DNA of 64,000 bases. Source: Octopus bimaculoides. Lineage: Eukaryota. The notes under the pieces were generated by a model, which worked only from the letters and a program-made list of their open reading frames with translations, was not told the DNA's origin and ran no database searches. This document shows positions 50,546 through 63,712 of this stretch, one piece after another. Each line of letters begins with the position of its first letter. Position 1 is the stretch's first letter. The position numbers and the translations under genes were made by a program. Location of the stretch: NCBI RefSeq assembly GCF_001194135.2, contig NC_068991.1, positions 42,005,408 through 42,069,407 of the forward strand, read 5' to 3'.

Positions 50546-51487
50546 GAAACTGAAAAAAGTCCATCACATGTTTGCGTGCGTGTGTATGTGTGTGTGTGTC
50601 ATCATTTAATGTCAGCTTTCCATGCTGGCATGGGTTGGACAGTTTGACATGCACTGGCCAGTCAGAGAGCTGTCTAGGCTCCAATTGTCTGTCTTTGCAT
50701 GGTTTCTATGGTTGGATGCCCTTCCTAGCACCAACCACTTTACAGAGTGTGCTGGATGATTTTTATGTGAAACAAGCACAGGTGCTTTTAGGTGTAAGCA
50801 AAAGATGGTTTGACAAAAATATAATAATAAAAAAAAAATAGACACAGTGGCAATTTCAGACCTTACAATTACAACAGTTTATAGTTTGTGTCATCATTAA
50901 CAAAGCATATCTGTTTGTCTAAGTCTTCTGCTTAACAATTTCCACTTCATAATTGAGGAATCAGTAGTAGACAGTATTTCTAGCTCTATAAGCATTGGCT
51001 TCATTAAATAGCTATACTTTACAAAAAAATAAACAAACAAAAAGCAACATGTTAACTATAATGTTAATTATTATAAAACGTTATAGTTAACATGTTGCTT
51101 TATATTATTATTTTTGTTAACTATTATAAAACATTGTGAAGGCACGTGGCTCAGTGGTTAGAGTGGTGGGCTCATAATCATGAGGCAGTGAGTTTGATTC
51201 TCAGACCAGGCTGTGTTGAGTTCTTGAGCAAGACACTATTTCACATTGCTCCAGTTCACTCAGCTGTAGAAATGAGCTGCAACATCACTGGTACCAAGGT
51301 GTATCAGCCTTTGCCTTCCCCTTGGGTAACATTGGTGGTGTGGAGAGAAGAGGCTGGTATGCATGGGTGACTTGTGCCTTGGAGGGTAACTTTCTAGGTG
51401 CAATTCCATGGTCATTCATGACCAGTGGGACGTTTTTTTTTTTAAAAGACATATCTGCCCTCCATTTTTATGCTAAAAAGTCTACAT

Positions 51488-51730
51488 CAGTGTTTCTCAA
51501 CCACTTTTTACCTATGGACTCCTTTGATTTCTATTTTACTTGGACGTATCCTCCTAGCTATCCAATGTTTTAAAAAATCTTATTTTTTTATAATTGAATA
51601 TTATTAAGAATTGTATAAACAAAATTGTTAAAATATTTTGTGCATTGTAGAAATATAACCAATTTATTACGTGTAAACAAATTCTTATGTGGACCCACAA
51701 GGCCATATGGACCCTTGTTGAGAATCAATG
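51488..51730. mobile_element. hAT-family MITE
   Basis: TIRs CAGTGTTTCTCAAC / GTTGAGAATCAATG; 8-bp TSD GTCTACAT / GTCTTCAT (7 of 8). Confidence 0.8.
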
Positions 51731-51789
51731 GTCTTCATAGATGCTCCTTTCAAGAATGTATACATTCTTTTATATCTATTGGAACCTAG

Positions 51790-52186
51790 GGTGGAGGCGC
51801 AATGGCCCAGTGGTTAGGGCAGCGGACTCGCGGTCGTAGGATCGCGGTTTCGATTCCCAGACCGGGCGTTGTGAGTGTTTATTGAGTGAAAACACCTAAA
51901 GCTCCAGGAAGCTCCAGCATGGGGTGGTGGCGATCCCTGCTGTACTCTTTCACCACAACTTTCTCTCACTCTATCTTCCTGTTTCTGTTGTACCTGTATT
52001 TCAAAAGCGGCCAGCCTTGTCACACTCTGTGTCATGCTGTATCTCCCCCGAGAACTACGTTAAGGGTACACGTGTCTGTGGAGTGCTCAGCCACTTGCAC
52101 GTTAATTTCACGAGCAGGCTGTTCTGTTGATCGGATCAACTGGAACCCTCGCCGTCGTAACCGATAGAGTGCCAGCAACAACAACA
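51790..52186 (+). mobile_element. Young full-length tRNA-derived SINE
   Basis: A box TGGCCCAGTGG, B-box variant GGTTTCGATTCC, CpGs retained, (CAA)n tail, perfect 12-bp TSD ATTGGAACCTAG at 51778-51789 and 52187-52198. Confidence 0.9.
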
Positions 52187-52396
52187 ATTGGAACCTAGCT
52201 ATTTTTAAAAATATTATTTTAACATTTTTACTATTTGTAAAACCAGTTCCATTTTCTATAGTGTAGTAAGCTCCAGGCTACATTTTCAATGACTTACATT
52301 TATCAAGTTATCAAGTTGAAAAAAAAAAAAAAGAAGCAGCAACAGTAACAACAAGTATGAAACATAGGAAAAGGAAATTGTTTTTTTCGAACATAC

Positions 52397-52518
52397 CTTA
52401 CTTATGACTGAAGATAATTCTGCAGCAGACAAGTCATTATAGAAACCAGCAAATATTGGAATGGCAAGAATGATATAATTTAGTATTATACCAATATAGT
52501 CCGACATCTTGACAAAAA
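52397..52518 (-). CDS. ABCD4: ABCD4-like exon (122 bp)
   Basis: ttttccag|TT TTT GTC...AGT AAG|gtatgt; (F)FVKMSDYIGIILNYIILAIPIFAGFYNDLSAAELSSVISK. Confidence 0.92.
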
Positions 52519-53550
52519 CTGGAAAAAATTTAAATATTTGTCACATAGTTTCACTGGTTGTGCATGCATTCTGTTTTATGTTCGAGCATTGGAGGGCTGG
52601 ACCTAGAATCTTTTATACACAATACATGGTGAAAAAATTTGTAACTTGGTGAACAGTGGATTTAATTTGGGTAGCTCATTGATGTGCATATGTAACTTGC
52701 TGGCATTGTGCCTAAATTTGGTAACTTGCTGGCCTTGTGCCAAAATGTGAAACCAATATATTATAATCTGAAAAGTGGAAGCACGTGGGTCAGTGGTTAG
52801 GGCATTGGACTCATGATCGTAAAATTGTGGTTTTGCTTCCTGGACCGATTGACGAGTTGTGTTTTTGAGCAAAACACTTCATTTCATGTTGTTCCAGTAC
52901 AGTCAGATGGCAAACATGAGTAATCCTGTGATGGGCTAGCATCCCATCCAGGTGGGGAATTTATACACCAAAGAAACTGGGAAACCGGCCCTTATGAGTC
53001 AGCATGACTTGAGAAGGTATGGCATTAGTGTGTGTGTGTGTGTGTGTGTGNNNNNNNNNNNNNNNNNNNNNNNNNNNNNNNNNNNNNNNNNNNNNNNNNN
53101 NNNNNNNNNNNNNNNNNNNNNNNNNNNNNNNNNNNNNNNNNNNNNNNNNNNNNNNNNNNNNNNNNNNNNNNNNNNNNNNNNNNNNNNNNNNNNNNNNNNN
53201 NNNNNNNNNNNNNNNNNNNNNNNNNNNNNNNNNNNNNNNNNNNNNNNNNNNNNNNNNNNNNNNNNNNNNNNNNNNNNNNNNNNNNNNNNNNNNNNNNNNN
53301 NNNNNNNNNNNNNNNNNNNNNNNNNNNNNNNNNNNNNNNNNNNNNNNNNNNNNNNNNNNNNNNNNNNNNNNNNNNNNNNNNNNNNNNNNNNNNNNNNNNN
53401 NNNNNNNNNNNNNNNNNNNNNNNNNNNNNNNNNNNNNNNNNNNNNNNNNNNNNNNNNNNNNNNNNNNNNNNNNNNNNNNNNNNNNNNNNNNNNNNNNNNN
53501 NNNNNNNNNNNNNNNNNNNNNNNNNNNNNNNNNNNNNNNNNNNNNNNNNN

Positions 53551-53606
<56 letters not shown>

Positions 53607-54479
53607 ATAGATAGTGAAAAGAATCACCATCATTGTCACTGTCTTTCAGCAACCAGCTTCCATGCTGGGATGATTTGATAGAATCCGAGAGATCCAACAG
53701 CTCTGGGAATGACATCATGCTCCAATGTCTGCTTTGGCATGGTTTCTACAGCTGGACATCTTTTCTGGTACCAACCTCATTACAGAGAATAGGCAGTGCT
53801 TTTTCATGGCAACAGCTCTGGTGAGGTCACCATGTTGTTTGCAAGGCTATGATCCCAGTCAACTGTAAAGTGGTTGGTATTAGGAAAGGCTTTCAGTTGT
53901 GTTAACCATGCCAAAACAGACATTCAAGCATGACACATCCTATCAAACTGTCCAATCCATGCCAGCATGGCACATGGATGTTAAAAGATGACTTGTTCAT
54001 GACTGACCACACCTCTGCCTGTGTTCATCACTCATTCTATTAACCTCTATTCCCATCGCTATTCATTTACCAGTCTGCTTTCAAACTTCCATGAACTTAC
54101 TTACCTACCTATAGGTGCAGGTACGGTTGTGTGGTAAGAAGCTTGATTCCTAACCACATGGTTCCAGGTTCAGTCCCACTCCTTGGCACTTTGAGCAAGT
54201 GTCCACTATAACCTTAGGCCAACCAAAGCTTTATGAGTGGATCTGGTAGTCAGAAACTGAAAGAAGCCTGTCTCTCACTCACTCTCACACACATACACAC
54301 ACACACACACATATATATATGGTTCTAGATAATCTGACTCCCTGTATCATTTCAGTCACCTATTCGGTTGTTTATTTACAGAGTAATTTAGTTAACTGAA
54401 AGTATAATTTTGGTCATCCATTCAGGTGTTTTATTTAAAGGTTTACCCATGATCCATCCCTGCCTCATTTGTTATTTAA

Positions 54480-55345
54480 AAAGGAAATATACATACACCA
54501 TGCCTCATGTTTTTAACAGAATCTGCAGAAGGAAGAAATTTGCAAATGACAAGAATTATATATATGAAACACAGAAACAAAATGCCAATAAATCTACCTG
54601 ACTTCTGGAATGCGAAATTAAGTCCTGTAAAACACTAGGCAGGTGATGGAACTTTTAAGTGCTCCTCAACAATATTTTATCAGTTATATATACTTCATAT
54701 TCAAGTGGGTTCATTCAGTGTTCCACAATTGTTTGCATTACTTCCAAACAAGAATCAAGAAACTTACACCCACTTTTTTCATAAGCTAAATGAATTACAT
54801 CAAGGACTGAGCCCTGGAAACATTATGATGGATTTTGAAAAAGCTCACATTAATAGCATTTTATCTGTGTTGCCTAGAGCTTCCATCTCTTGTTTTTTTT
54901 TTCTCATCTATCTCAAAGTGTATGTGAATTTGGCTTTAAGGAAAGATACCATCATATTAATGAGCTTAGCATTAAAATCTGATGTTTTCCAGCACTGGCT
55001 TTTTTACCTCTACATAGGATGCACACAAGGTAGAGGAATTAAACAATGAAGAATTTCTCCTTTGTTTCCTATTGATAGTTGTAACGTCCACTTTAGAATA
55101 AAATCAGATATGCCTCGCACTAAAAACTACAAAGTTCTTTAACTTGCACACAAACAAATCTATGGAAGTTAATTACTGCACTGAAAAGGGAAGAACATTT
55201 GGCACAACTGAGAAAGGTTGAATTGGATCAAGGTGAGATATGCAAGACCAAAAAAAGTATAAAGATATAAACAAATGGCTGCAGATAATTACTGAGCAAT
55301 ATAGTACCAAAAATAAGATGGATTTTTTATGAGCAATAGCTCATA
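54480..55345 (+). mobile_element. Mutator-like (MULE) transposase remnant
   Basis: DGTFKCSSTIFYQLYILH...FALLPNKNQETY...IMMDFEKAHINSI...FFHLSQ, the MULE DDE-domain pattern, with frameshifts. Confidence 0.85.
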
Positions 55346-56133
55346 ACCTTCATCACTATTGAAGCTTTTAGTAATATATTTATTTTTTACTGTACTTTAT
55401 ATTTTATCTTTATTCAGCAGGTTAAGGCCCTTATTCATGTTCTAACAATTTTGGACAATTAATCCAGGTTTGGTGTTCAAAAGGACCCACTGATGATGCA
55501 TCTATTCTGAAAAATCAAGATTTTAAGTTATAAGAGGCTCTACTGATGTTGTGATTTTAGATTGTAAGGCACCCTCCTACTGTTGCAGCCTTATTGGATA
55601 ATTATCACAGTTTTATGTTGTAAAGGGCCTCACTGATGCTGTAGCCTTTCCCAAGTATTTCTGAGAGCTGCAGTCAAATGAATAATCTAACTGAATTGGG
55701 TCACTAAATTCATTGTCAATATGATTCCAGAATTGAGTTTTGTTTGTTGTCTAGTCTGAAGGATGTGTGCAGCAACTATAACTCTTGTAAACTTTTATTT
55801 CTGTAATCCCATAAAAAAAAAGTAATTATGAAGTTAAATGTAGCTCATAGTTAACTTGACCTTCTCGGTAGAAGGCAGAGGAAAAGGATACAGTAAGAGA
55901 GAAGTTTCTATAGGACTGTTGTTCTTAAGAAGATTGAGAAAAAGTGCATACAACAATGTCAAAGTAGTGAAACATCATTATCATCTATGTCACAGTGTTT
56001 ACCAAGATTCCATACCAAGTTGAGGGTGGAACATTCAAGGCATTAGAATCACCAATTGTCTACAACCATGTTCACTCAAATGGGGGTAAAGAATTTAGCT
56101 AATCAACAACAACATAAGCAACATCATACTTAC

Positions 56134-56279
56134 AATTGAGTAAATAATTCTTCTGTGCAACTCTGTACTGACTTCGTAAGAGCTCAAATAATATACTGTT
56201 TGATTTTAAATATTCAGTTGCACCTGATTGGTAAAAGGCCATTGGTTCAGAATTGACTCTTATCTGCATGTGTTTAAAC
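56134..56279 (-). CDS. ABCD4: ABCD4-like exon (146 bp), EAA-motif region
   Basis: ctaaccag|G TTT AAA CAC...CTC AAT T|gtaagt; (R)FKHMQIRVNSEPMAFYQSGATEYLKSNSILFELLRSQYRVAQKNYLLN; close to ABCD4 RFKHMQIRVNAEPAAFY as I recall it. Confidence 0.93.
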
Positions 56280-56551
56280 CTGGTTAGAAAATACGCCAAT
56301 ATTCATTTAAATAAGAACTTTAATTTAGGTGGGTGGGGGTTGTAGAATTCTTATTTTCATGCCAATATTTATATATAAAACAAAGGAATGGATTCAATTA
56401 GTATAACTCTGAAACATAAATACATCTAAACGAAATAAAAAGATTAACTATTTTTACTGAATTAAATTCATAGAATATTTATGACATCTTAGAGCATATG
56501 GCTTTATTTGATATAAGAATTATATTTCTAGTCTCACACTAAAACATCATC

Positions 56552-58085
56552 ACCATCATCGTCGTTTAAAGTCTGCTTTCCATGCTGGCATGGGTTGGAC
56601 GGTTTGACTGAGGACTGGTGAGCCAGAGGCTGTACCAGGCTCAATCTGATCTGGCAAAGTTTCTACAGCTGGATGCCCTTCCTAATGCCAACCACTCCGA
56701 GAGTGTAGTGGGTACTTTTACGTGCCACCAGCACGAGGGCCAGTCAGGCAGTTCTAACAATGACCACGCTCAAAAGATGTTTTTTACATGCTACCTGCAT
56801 GGGAGCCAGTCTGGCGGCACTGGCAACGACCATGCTCAAATGTTGGTTTTCACGTACCACCGGCACATGTGCTGGTAGGGTGACACTGGTAATGATGTTC
56901 ATGCTCAAATGGCGCTTTTTACATGCCACCGGCATGGGAGCCAATCCATGGTCCTAGCAACAATCACACTCAGATGTGCTTTTAATGTTCCACTGGCATG
57001 AGTGCCAATCCGGCAGTACTGTCATCAGCCACGTCAGCGATTTTGATTTGATTTTACTTGCCACAATAGGTCTTCGCAAGCAAAGTTTATTGTCCAATGA
57101 ATGAGGGGTACTCATAAGTGGGCTGGGCTGGTTACACCCACTGGCATAGGCCATGGGCTATGGTCTCACTTGGCTTGTCAGCTCTTCTCAAGCACAGCAT
57201 ATCTCCAAATGTCTTGGTAACTAGTCATTGCCTTGGTAAGGTCCAATGTTCAAAAGATCGTGCTTCACCACCTCATCCCAGGTTTTCCTGGGTCTACCTC
57301 TTCCACAGGTTCCCTCAACTGCTAGGGTGTGACACTTTTATACATAGCTGTCCTCATTCATTTGCAACACATGACCATACCAGCGCAGTCATCTCTCTTG
57401 CACACCACATCTGATGCTTCTTAAATCCAATTTTTCTCTCAGGGTCTTACACTCTGTCGTGTATGCACACTGACATAACACATCCAGCGGAGCATACTGG
57501 CTTCATTCCTTGCAAGCTTACGCATGTCATCAGCAGTCATGGTCCATGTTTCACTGCCATGTAGCATGGCTGTTCGTATACATGCGTCATACAGTCTACC
57601 TTTTACTCTGAGCAAGAGGCCCTTTGTCACCAACAGAGGTAGGAGCTCTCTGAACTTTACCCAGGCTATTCTCATTCTAGCAACTACACTTTCAGAGCAT
57701 CCACCCCCACTACTGACTTGGTCCCCGAGGTAACAGAAGCTATCAACTACTTCTAGTTTTTCTCCCTGGAATGTGACAGAAGCTGCTCTCTGCACATTTT
57801 CAGTGTTTATAGCACCTGAGCATTTGCCACATACAAAAACTATCTTCCCAGTTAGCCTTCCTTTGATACTGCTGCATCTCTTATGTGTCCATAGCTTACG
57901 CTGGGTACATCTTATGGAGTTTCTACTTACGCCTTTTCTAAAGATTGAGCAGGGTCATCTACCTGAAGGGATTTGTGGTTTGTCTGCCTTCCTACTTATT
58001 AAGACTTTGGTTTTAGCTAAGGCCCTTCGATTCTAATCCTTGCTTCCACACCTGAAACTTTTCCTCTAGTTCTGATAGTGACTCG
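56552..58085 (-). mobile_element. RTE LINE 3' half
   Basis: LEVVDSFCYLGD..SESVVARMRIAWVKFRELLPLL..LYDACIRTAMLHGSETW; ~60-bp tandem 3' UTR repeats ~56712-56940. Confidence 0.9.
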
Positions 58086-58852
58086 GTGACAATTTTAGAA
58101 TTAGCTAATTTACATTATCCTTGATGTGTTAACATAACGTTTAGCAAGACAAGAAGTGTATTGTTAGAGAGAATGAATTCAAATCAGAATAAATGTTTAT
58201 CATCTTCAAATGCTATAAAATCACTTGTGCATGCGTCTTTCTGTGGGTGTCTACTAAGAACTAGACTGAGGTGGTTACAAAAAGAGAAGGCAAGATAAAG
58301 AAATAGTATGAGAGAAAGAAAATGAAAGAAACTTCTGTCAAGAGAAGGGAAGAGGAGGCCAGTTAGTATTTCATCATTACGCCATCAGACTTTACATTTT
58401 TATCCATCTGACAAACTGAGATGGTCAAAAGGACAGATATCTAAACATTTGTAAACAATGTCTAAACACGAGCAAACCCACTTGGGTGGAGGGAGTTGGC
58501 ATTGTGGACTTTCAATGTGAAGTATGTGGAGAAATATAACCTAGGAAGATGATATTTCTCTTGTATAGATCAGAGAGGAAACACATTTGCTACTGAAAGT
58601 AAACAAAGTGTAAACCATAACAGTCATTCTTATGAAGTTTTAAAAGTTCACCAGTATGTCAAAAGTTACTTTTTTCTCAAGATGAGCTAACAAACTAGCC
58701 TGATACTTTGTACAGAGTTTCTAAACCAGAACTTCCCCAGCAAATCAAGGTTGTATAGTAAGCCTAACATATAAAATGGAATACATTTTCAGAAAAACAA
58801 AAGAAAAATGGTACAAATTTTAATGTCAGACTTTGTAGTAATTTAGACTCAC

Positions 58853-58978
58853 CTAAAATCTCCTTCGAGTTTTTCTTTTTTATACACGTAATACACCACG
58901 CTAGACATGATAAAACGGTTGATGAAGCTAAAAACAAGGAAAAATCCAAACACTACCAAAGGACCAATATAACCACTT
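58853..58978 (-). CDS. ABCD4: ABCD4-like transporter, first coding exon found in window (126 bp)
   Basis: ttttgcag|A AGT GGT...GAT TTT AG|gtgagt; encodes SGYIGPLVVFGFFLVFSFINRFIMSSVVYYVYKKEKLEGDF(R), matching the ABCD TM segment ending EKLEGDFR; phase fits next exon. Confidence 0.9.
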
Positions 58979-59355
58979 CTGCAAAATAACAATTAAATGA
59001 ATACATAAACAACTACATAAAAATCAACATAAAACGTTTTTTTCTTAAATCAGATTTTTCCTTAAAACAGATTTTTTCCAGTATTGAAAAAAAATAAAAC
59101 ATCATCTTCATTAAACAAAGAATAACTGTTTAATTGAATGAAGTACAAAATATATAAAATTATAGTTTCTTAAAGATAATATTACTACAAATATACCTAA
59201 ATAGCAATAACTTGAATTTACCAATACCATCATCATTTTAATGTCCATTTTTCCTGCTTGCATGGAGCACATGTTTCTGCCAAACTGTCATTTATAAGAC
59301 TATGTAACCACTAGTATGTGTATATGTATAGAAGTGTATATGGGTGTGTGCGTAT

Positions 59356-59408
<53 letters not shown>

Positions 59409-59409
<1 letters not shown>

Positions 59410-60060
59410 TAGCAAATGCCACGTACAGCTCTCCGTATGAAAAGCATGGTGTATTAAGGGCCAGCCCAACCACTTTTAGTGACTGCCCCTGGGCTTTGCT
59501 AATGGTCATAGCAAAGCTTAATTGAATGGGGAATTGGACTCTTTTCATTGGAAAGACGCAGTCAGTCAGAATAAGTGGAACTCAGGGAATAAAAACAGAC
59601 TCGCCAGTACCTTTTCCTGTGATGATTGTGGCTTCAAGAATGTTATCCAACATTTGCTCAACAGCCAAATGTGTGCCATTGCAAAGCTGAGGAGGGTCCA
59701 AATTTCTCAAGCGTATAATAGGACAACTAAGTTTAAGGCTAAGTTTATGTGGTGGCAATCCCAATGGTTCTTGTGAGTTTAAAAACTCTGTTTGGAAAAA
59801 CATTACTTGTGTTGGATTAATAAGTGAATCAACCAAAGCATAGCATCGCTCTTGGGTAGGAAGTTGACAAAGCAGACGTGTTTAGGGCTTGGACGGTGGC
59901 ATTTGTTGGAGCTAAGATGGCTCTTTCACACATCCATTCATGACTGATGTAATTGGTAGAGATTGGAGTAAACTGCTGTATATAGCTCCTCAGGGCTGGA
60001 GACATAGTTACCAATGGTATTTATGTCAGCCAAACCCTTTATGTTGAGCAGTAAGCTCCC
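59409..60060 (-). mobile_element. Helitron PIF1-like helicase 3' remnant
   Basis: [68 protein letters not shown]. Confidence 0.9.
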
Positions 60061-60222
60061 ATTACTGACATCCAATAACTTTGAAGTAAAGAATCATCTT
60101 GTTCTTTATTAATAAAGTTATTTAAGTCCATGTAACTGCTGGCCTAGTGCCAAAATTTGAAATCAATATGTTAAATAGAATAAAGGTAATAATAATTTAT
60201 GACTGTTTGGGTCTTATTATTA

Positions 60223-61468
60223 TTAGATTGTCTGAAAAGTTCTGAGCATTTTTAAGCTAAATCTTTATCTTTTAATGCTTCATTGAACATACCTGAAACA
60301 TAACATAGTTAAAACTTTGGCATTGCTTGAAGTGGTAGCGAATCTCTTCTTTGTTCCAGACTAAAAATAAATTTATCTTTCATTCCAGTTACACTTTATT
60401 GACATTTGAAATGGATAGCCAAAAATTTCATATTCGTATTGTAATGCTTTTCTTTTTTAAAAAAGAAGAAAATGCTGCAAAAACTTGCAAAACAATTTGT
60501 GAAGTTTATGGTGGTGATGCTGTAGGTGAATCAACTGTTTGAAGGTGGTTTGCAAAATTTGAAGCTGGAGAGTTTAGCTTGGTAGATGACAGTCGCAGTG
60601 GAAGACCTTCAAAATTGGATGCAAATGTTTTGAAGACAAAAATCAAGGAGTTAGAAGTTTCTAAAAGTACGGTTCATGAACACCTAGTGAAGCTAGTATA
60701 CATTTCTTGCTATAATGTACTAGTTCATCAGAAACTCTCAGAAAATAATTGATTGGACCAGTATTCCATTTGTGATATGCTTTTGAAACGGTATGAAAGC
60801 ATGCCTTTTTTGGAGATGAAAAATGGATTGTGTACGAAAATGTAGGGCAAAATAGATCCTGGAGTTTGCATAAGGATCCCCCCAAACAACAACAACCAAA
60901 GACAAATATCCATGCCAAAAAAAAGCTATGCTTTGTGTTTGGTGGGATCATAAGGGCATTATTTATTATGAGCTTCTCCCACAAAACCAGACCATTAATT
61001 CTGATGTGTACTGTCGTCAGCTGGCTAAATTGAACAAAAAATTAAAGAATTGAGGCTGGAGATTGCCAACAAGAAAGGGGTAGTGTTCCAACAAGACAAT
61101 GCCCAACCACGTGTCTTTGGCTACCCAAACAATGTTACATGAACTTGGCTGGGATCTCTTACCCCATCCACCATATTCTCCTGATATTGCGCCATCTGAC
61201 CACCACTTGTTTTTGTCTCTACAGAAACCATTGCAAGGAAACACATTTAATGATTTAGATGGAGTCAAAATGCATCTAGATAACATTATTTTTTTCTTCA
61301 AAACCAGTCAAATTTTATGCTGATGGAATATTTAAATTGCCTGATAGATGGGAAAAGGTCATTAATGATAATGGAAATTATTTTATTAGATAAAATTTAT
61401 TGAAAGGTCAATTATTTATATCTCTCTTTGCATATTAAAAAATGCTCAGAACTTTCCAGACAACCTAA
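60223..61468 (+). mobile_element. Full-length mariner (DD34D) element, transposase inactivated
   Basis: 31-bp TIRs ttagattgtctgaaaagttctgagcattttt / aaaaatgctcagaactttccagacaacctaa (2 mismatches), TA both sides; MDSQKFHIR start at 60411, RSGRP, QQDNA, HPPYSPDIAPSD. Confidence 0.95.
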
Positions 61469-62224
61469 TATTATATGCAGTGGATTGGCAGAACTGTTAG
61501 TTTATTTTTTCTGGTACTTTACATCTTCAGTTCAAATCCTGTTGCAGACAGCTTTGCCTTACATCCTTTTGGGATTGATAAAATAAAGTACCAGTCAAAT
61601 AATGGAGTCGATGCAACGAACTAGAATCCTTCCCTCAAAAATGCTGACCTTATGCTTAAATTAGAAACAGTTGTATCATATACACGCATATGTGTGTGTG
61701 TGTGTGTGTGTAACTTTCTATTTCCTTACCTATACTTACATTCACTTGTTGATTGCAAACAGTGATTTCACTAACAGTTCCATTTACTTGCAGTTCATCA
61801 TGAAAGCCAGTCTAGATGATTTGACACATCTTGACATGTGACACAATCTTTCTAAACAAAAAAAAGCTTGTCCTTAAGGTGTAGTTTATTTCCAGTTCTC
61901 CATAACTGTGCAACATGAAGACATTTCAGGAAATCCAGACATGTTCTCACAAAAGACAGCAAGCAATTGACAACTCTGTTAGTGGTGACATTGTTTACAA
62001 ACAAGCAGACAAGAGGAAAAACAATCAAATATATATNNNNNNNNNNNNNNNNNNNNNNNNNNNNNNNNNNNNNNNNNNNNNNNNNNNNNNNNNNNNNNNN
62101 NNNNNNNNNNNNNNNNNNTATATATATATATATATATATTCTTTTGTGTGTTTCAGATCAAAGGCAATGGCCATGCTGGGACACCATCAATCTTATCACC
62201 TTTTCAATAGCCATTCTTTTGTGA

Positions 62225-63560
62225 CTGGCTTTTAGTGAAGGTGGGAGTTTGATATTTCTGCCCTCTTTTGAGTTCATTGCCATGATGTTAAGTTCATCTG
62301 GGACCTTGGACAGTAGGAGGTCAAGTTGTTTCTTGAAAACATCTACCCCTATTCCATGCAGACCTCTCAGATGTTTTGGCAAAGCATTAAATGGCTGTGG
62401 ACCCTTGAATCCCAAGCTACTGCAGCACATGATCCTCATTCTGGATAGGATAGCTGGTACTTTTGGAATAGTGCAATGATGTCCAGTTTGAGGGTTGGTA
62501 TAGCCTTCAATGCCTAAGTTTGGTGCTAACCCCTCCAAGATCTTCCATATGTATATTACTGTATATCTCTCTTGCCTTCGCTCCAGGAAGTAGAGTTGTA
62601 GCTCTTTCAGTCTCTCCCAGTAATTCAGCTGTTCTATTAATGCAATCTTCCCTGTTCTATTAATGCAATCTTCCACTGAACTGCCTCAAGTTCTGCTATT
62701 AATTTGACATTACAGGGTGCCAACAGCTGACAGCAGTAGCCCAGATGGCTGAGAACAAATATTCTCTCTAGAACCAGCATAGTTTTCTCATTCCTTTTTC
62801 TAGACGTTCTCAGAATCCCTCCAGCCATTTGCCTGCACATTGCCAACACTGTGGTAAAATGCACATGAAACAAGGTGTTGTTACTTATATCAATCCTCAG
62901 ATCATGCACTGTACTCAACTCTGGCAGTGTCACTCCTTTTGGTCCAAAGTTTCTTTGTTGCAACATGTTAGCACAAGCTAGCTGATAGTGGAGGGCTTTG
63001 AATTTTACTACATTAAATTGCATGTGATTTTCTTCAGCCCATTTATAAAAGGCATATAGAAGATAAGTATCGAAAGATTCTTTGACTACTTGTACTACTT
63101 TTGTGTTGATGGCATAGCTAGTAAGTGTATTGTCTGTGTAACTGATGGCATCTCTGAAACAACTATCATAAACAGCAGTGGCCCTAAAACAGTTCCCTGA
63201 GGTACTCCACTTGCTATTACTGTCTCCTTGGAGAAGGCTCTGTTGGCTTCCACAGCTTGGCTCCCTGTCTTTTAAGAAGTTATGCAACCACTCTCCCTGT
63301 TTTCTGACTGCGCCAAGTCTCTTTAGCTTGTGATATGTCACCCCATGGTCAACTTTATGAAAGGCTTTTGCAAAATCAAGTTATATCACATCTACTTTTG
63401 AGTGATTCATTGCTTGTTTCAACACCCAGTTATAATGCTGCTGTGTAAGGCAGCTTCATTCTGAGCAGAGGTCATGCTGGATGTCAGGTAGCAAGTCATT
63501 ATCTTCTAGGAATGTGACCAGTTTCCTCCTGACAATGCGTTAGCTCATTTCTATCAAAAT
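62225..63560 (-). mobile_element. CR1-like LINE RT and 3' fragment
   Basis: WLHNFLKDR, WAEENHMQFNVVKF, LSHLGYCCQL, LNYWERLKELQLYFLERRQERY. Confidence 0.85.
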
Positions 63561-63712
63561 CTCCTGAAGAAATACCCAATTAACGATATTCGATATGGAA
63601 ATTTAATCTAATTTAATTTAATTTAATTTCTCAAATTGATTTAATTTGGCATGGAAACAATTGTAGGTGAAATGGAGTATGATATTGTTCAGAATTGTAT
63701 TATCTATCTATA

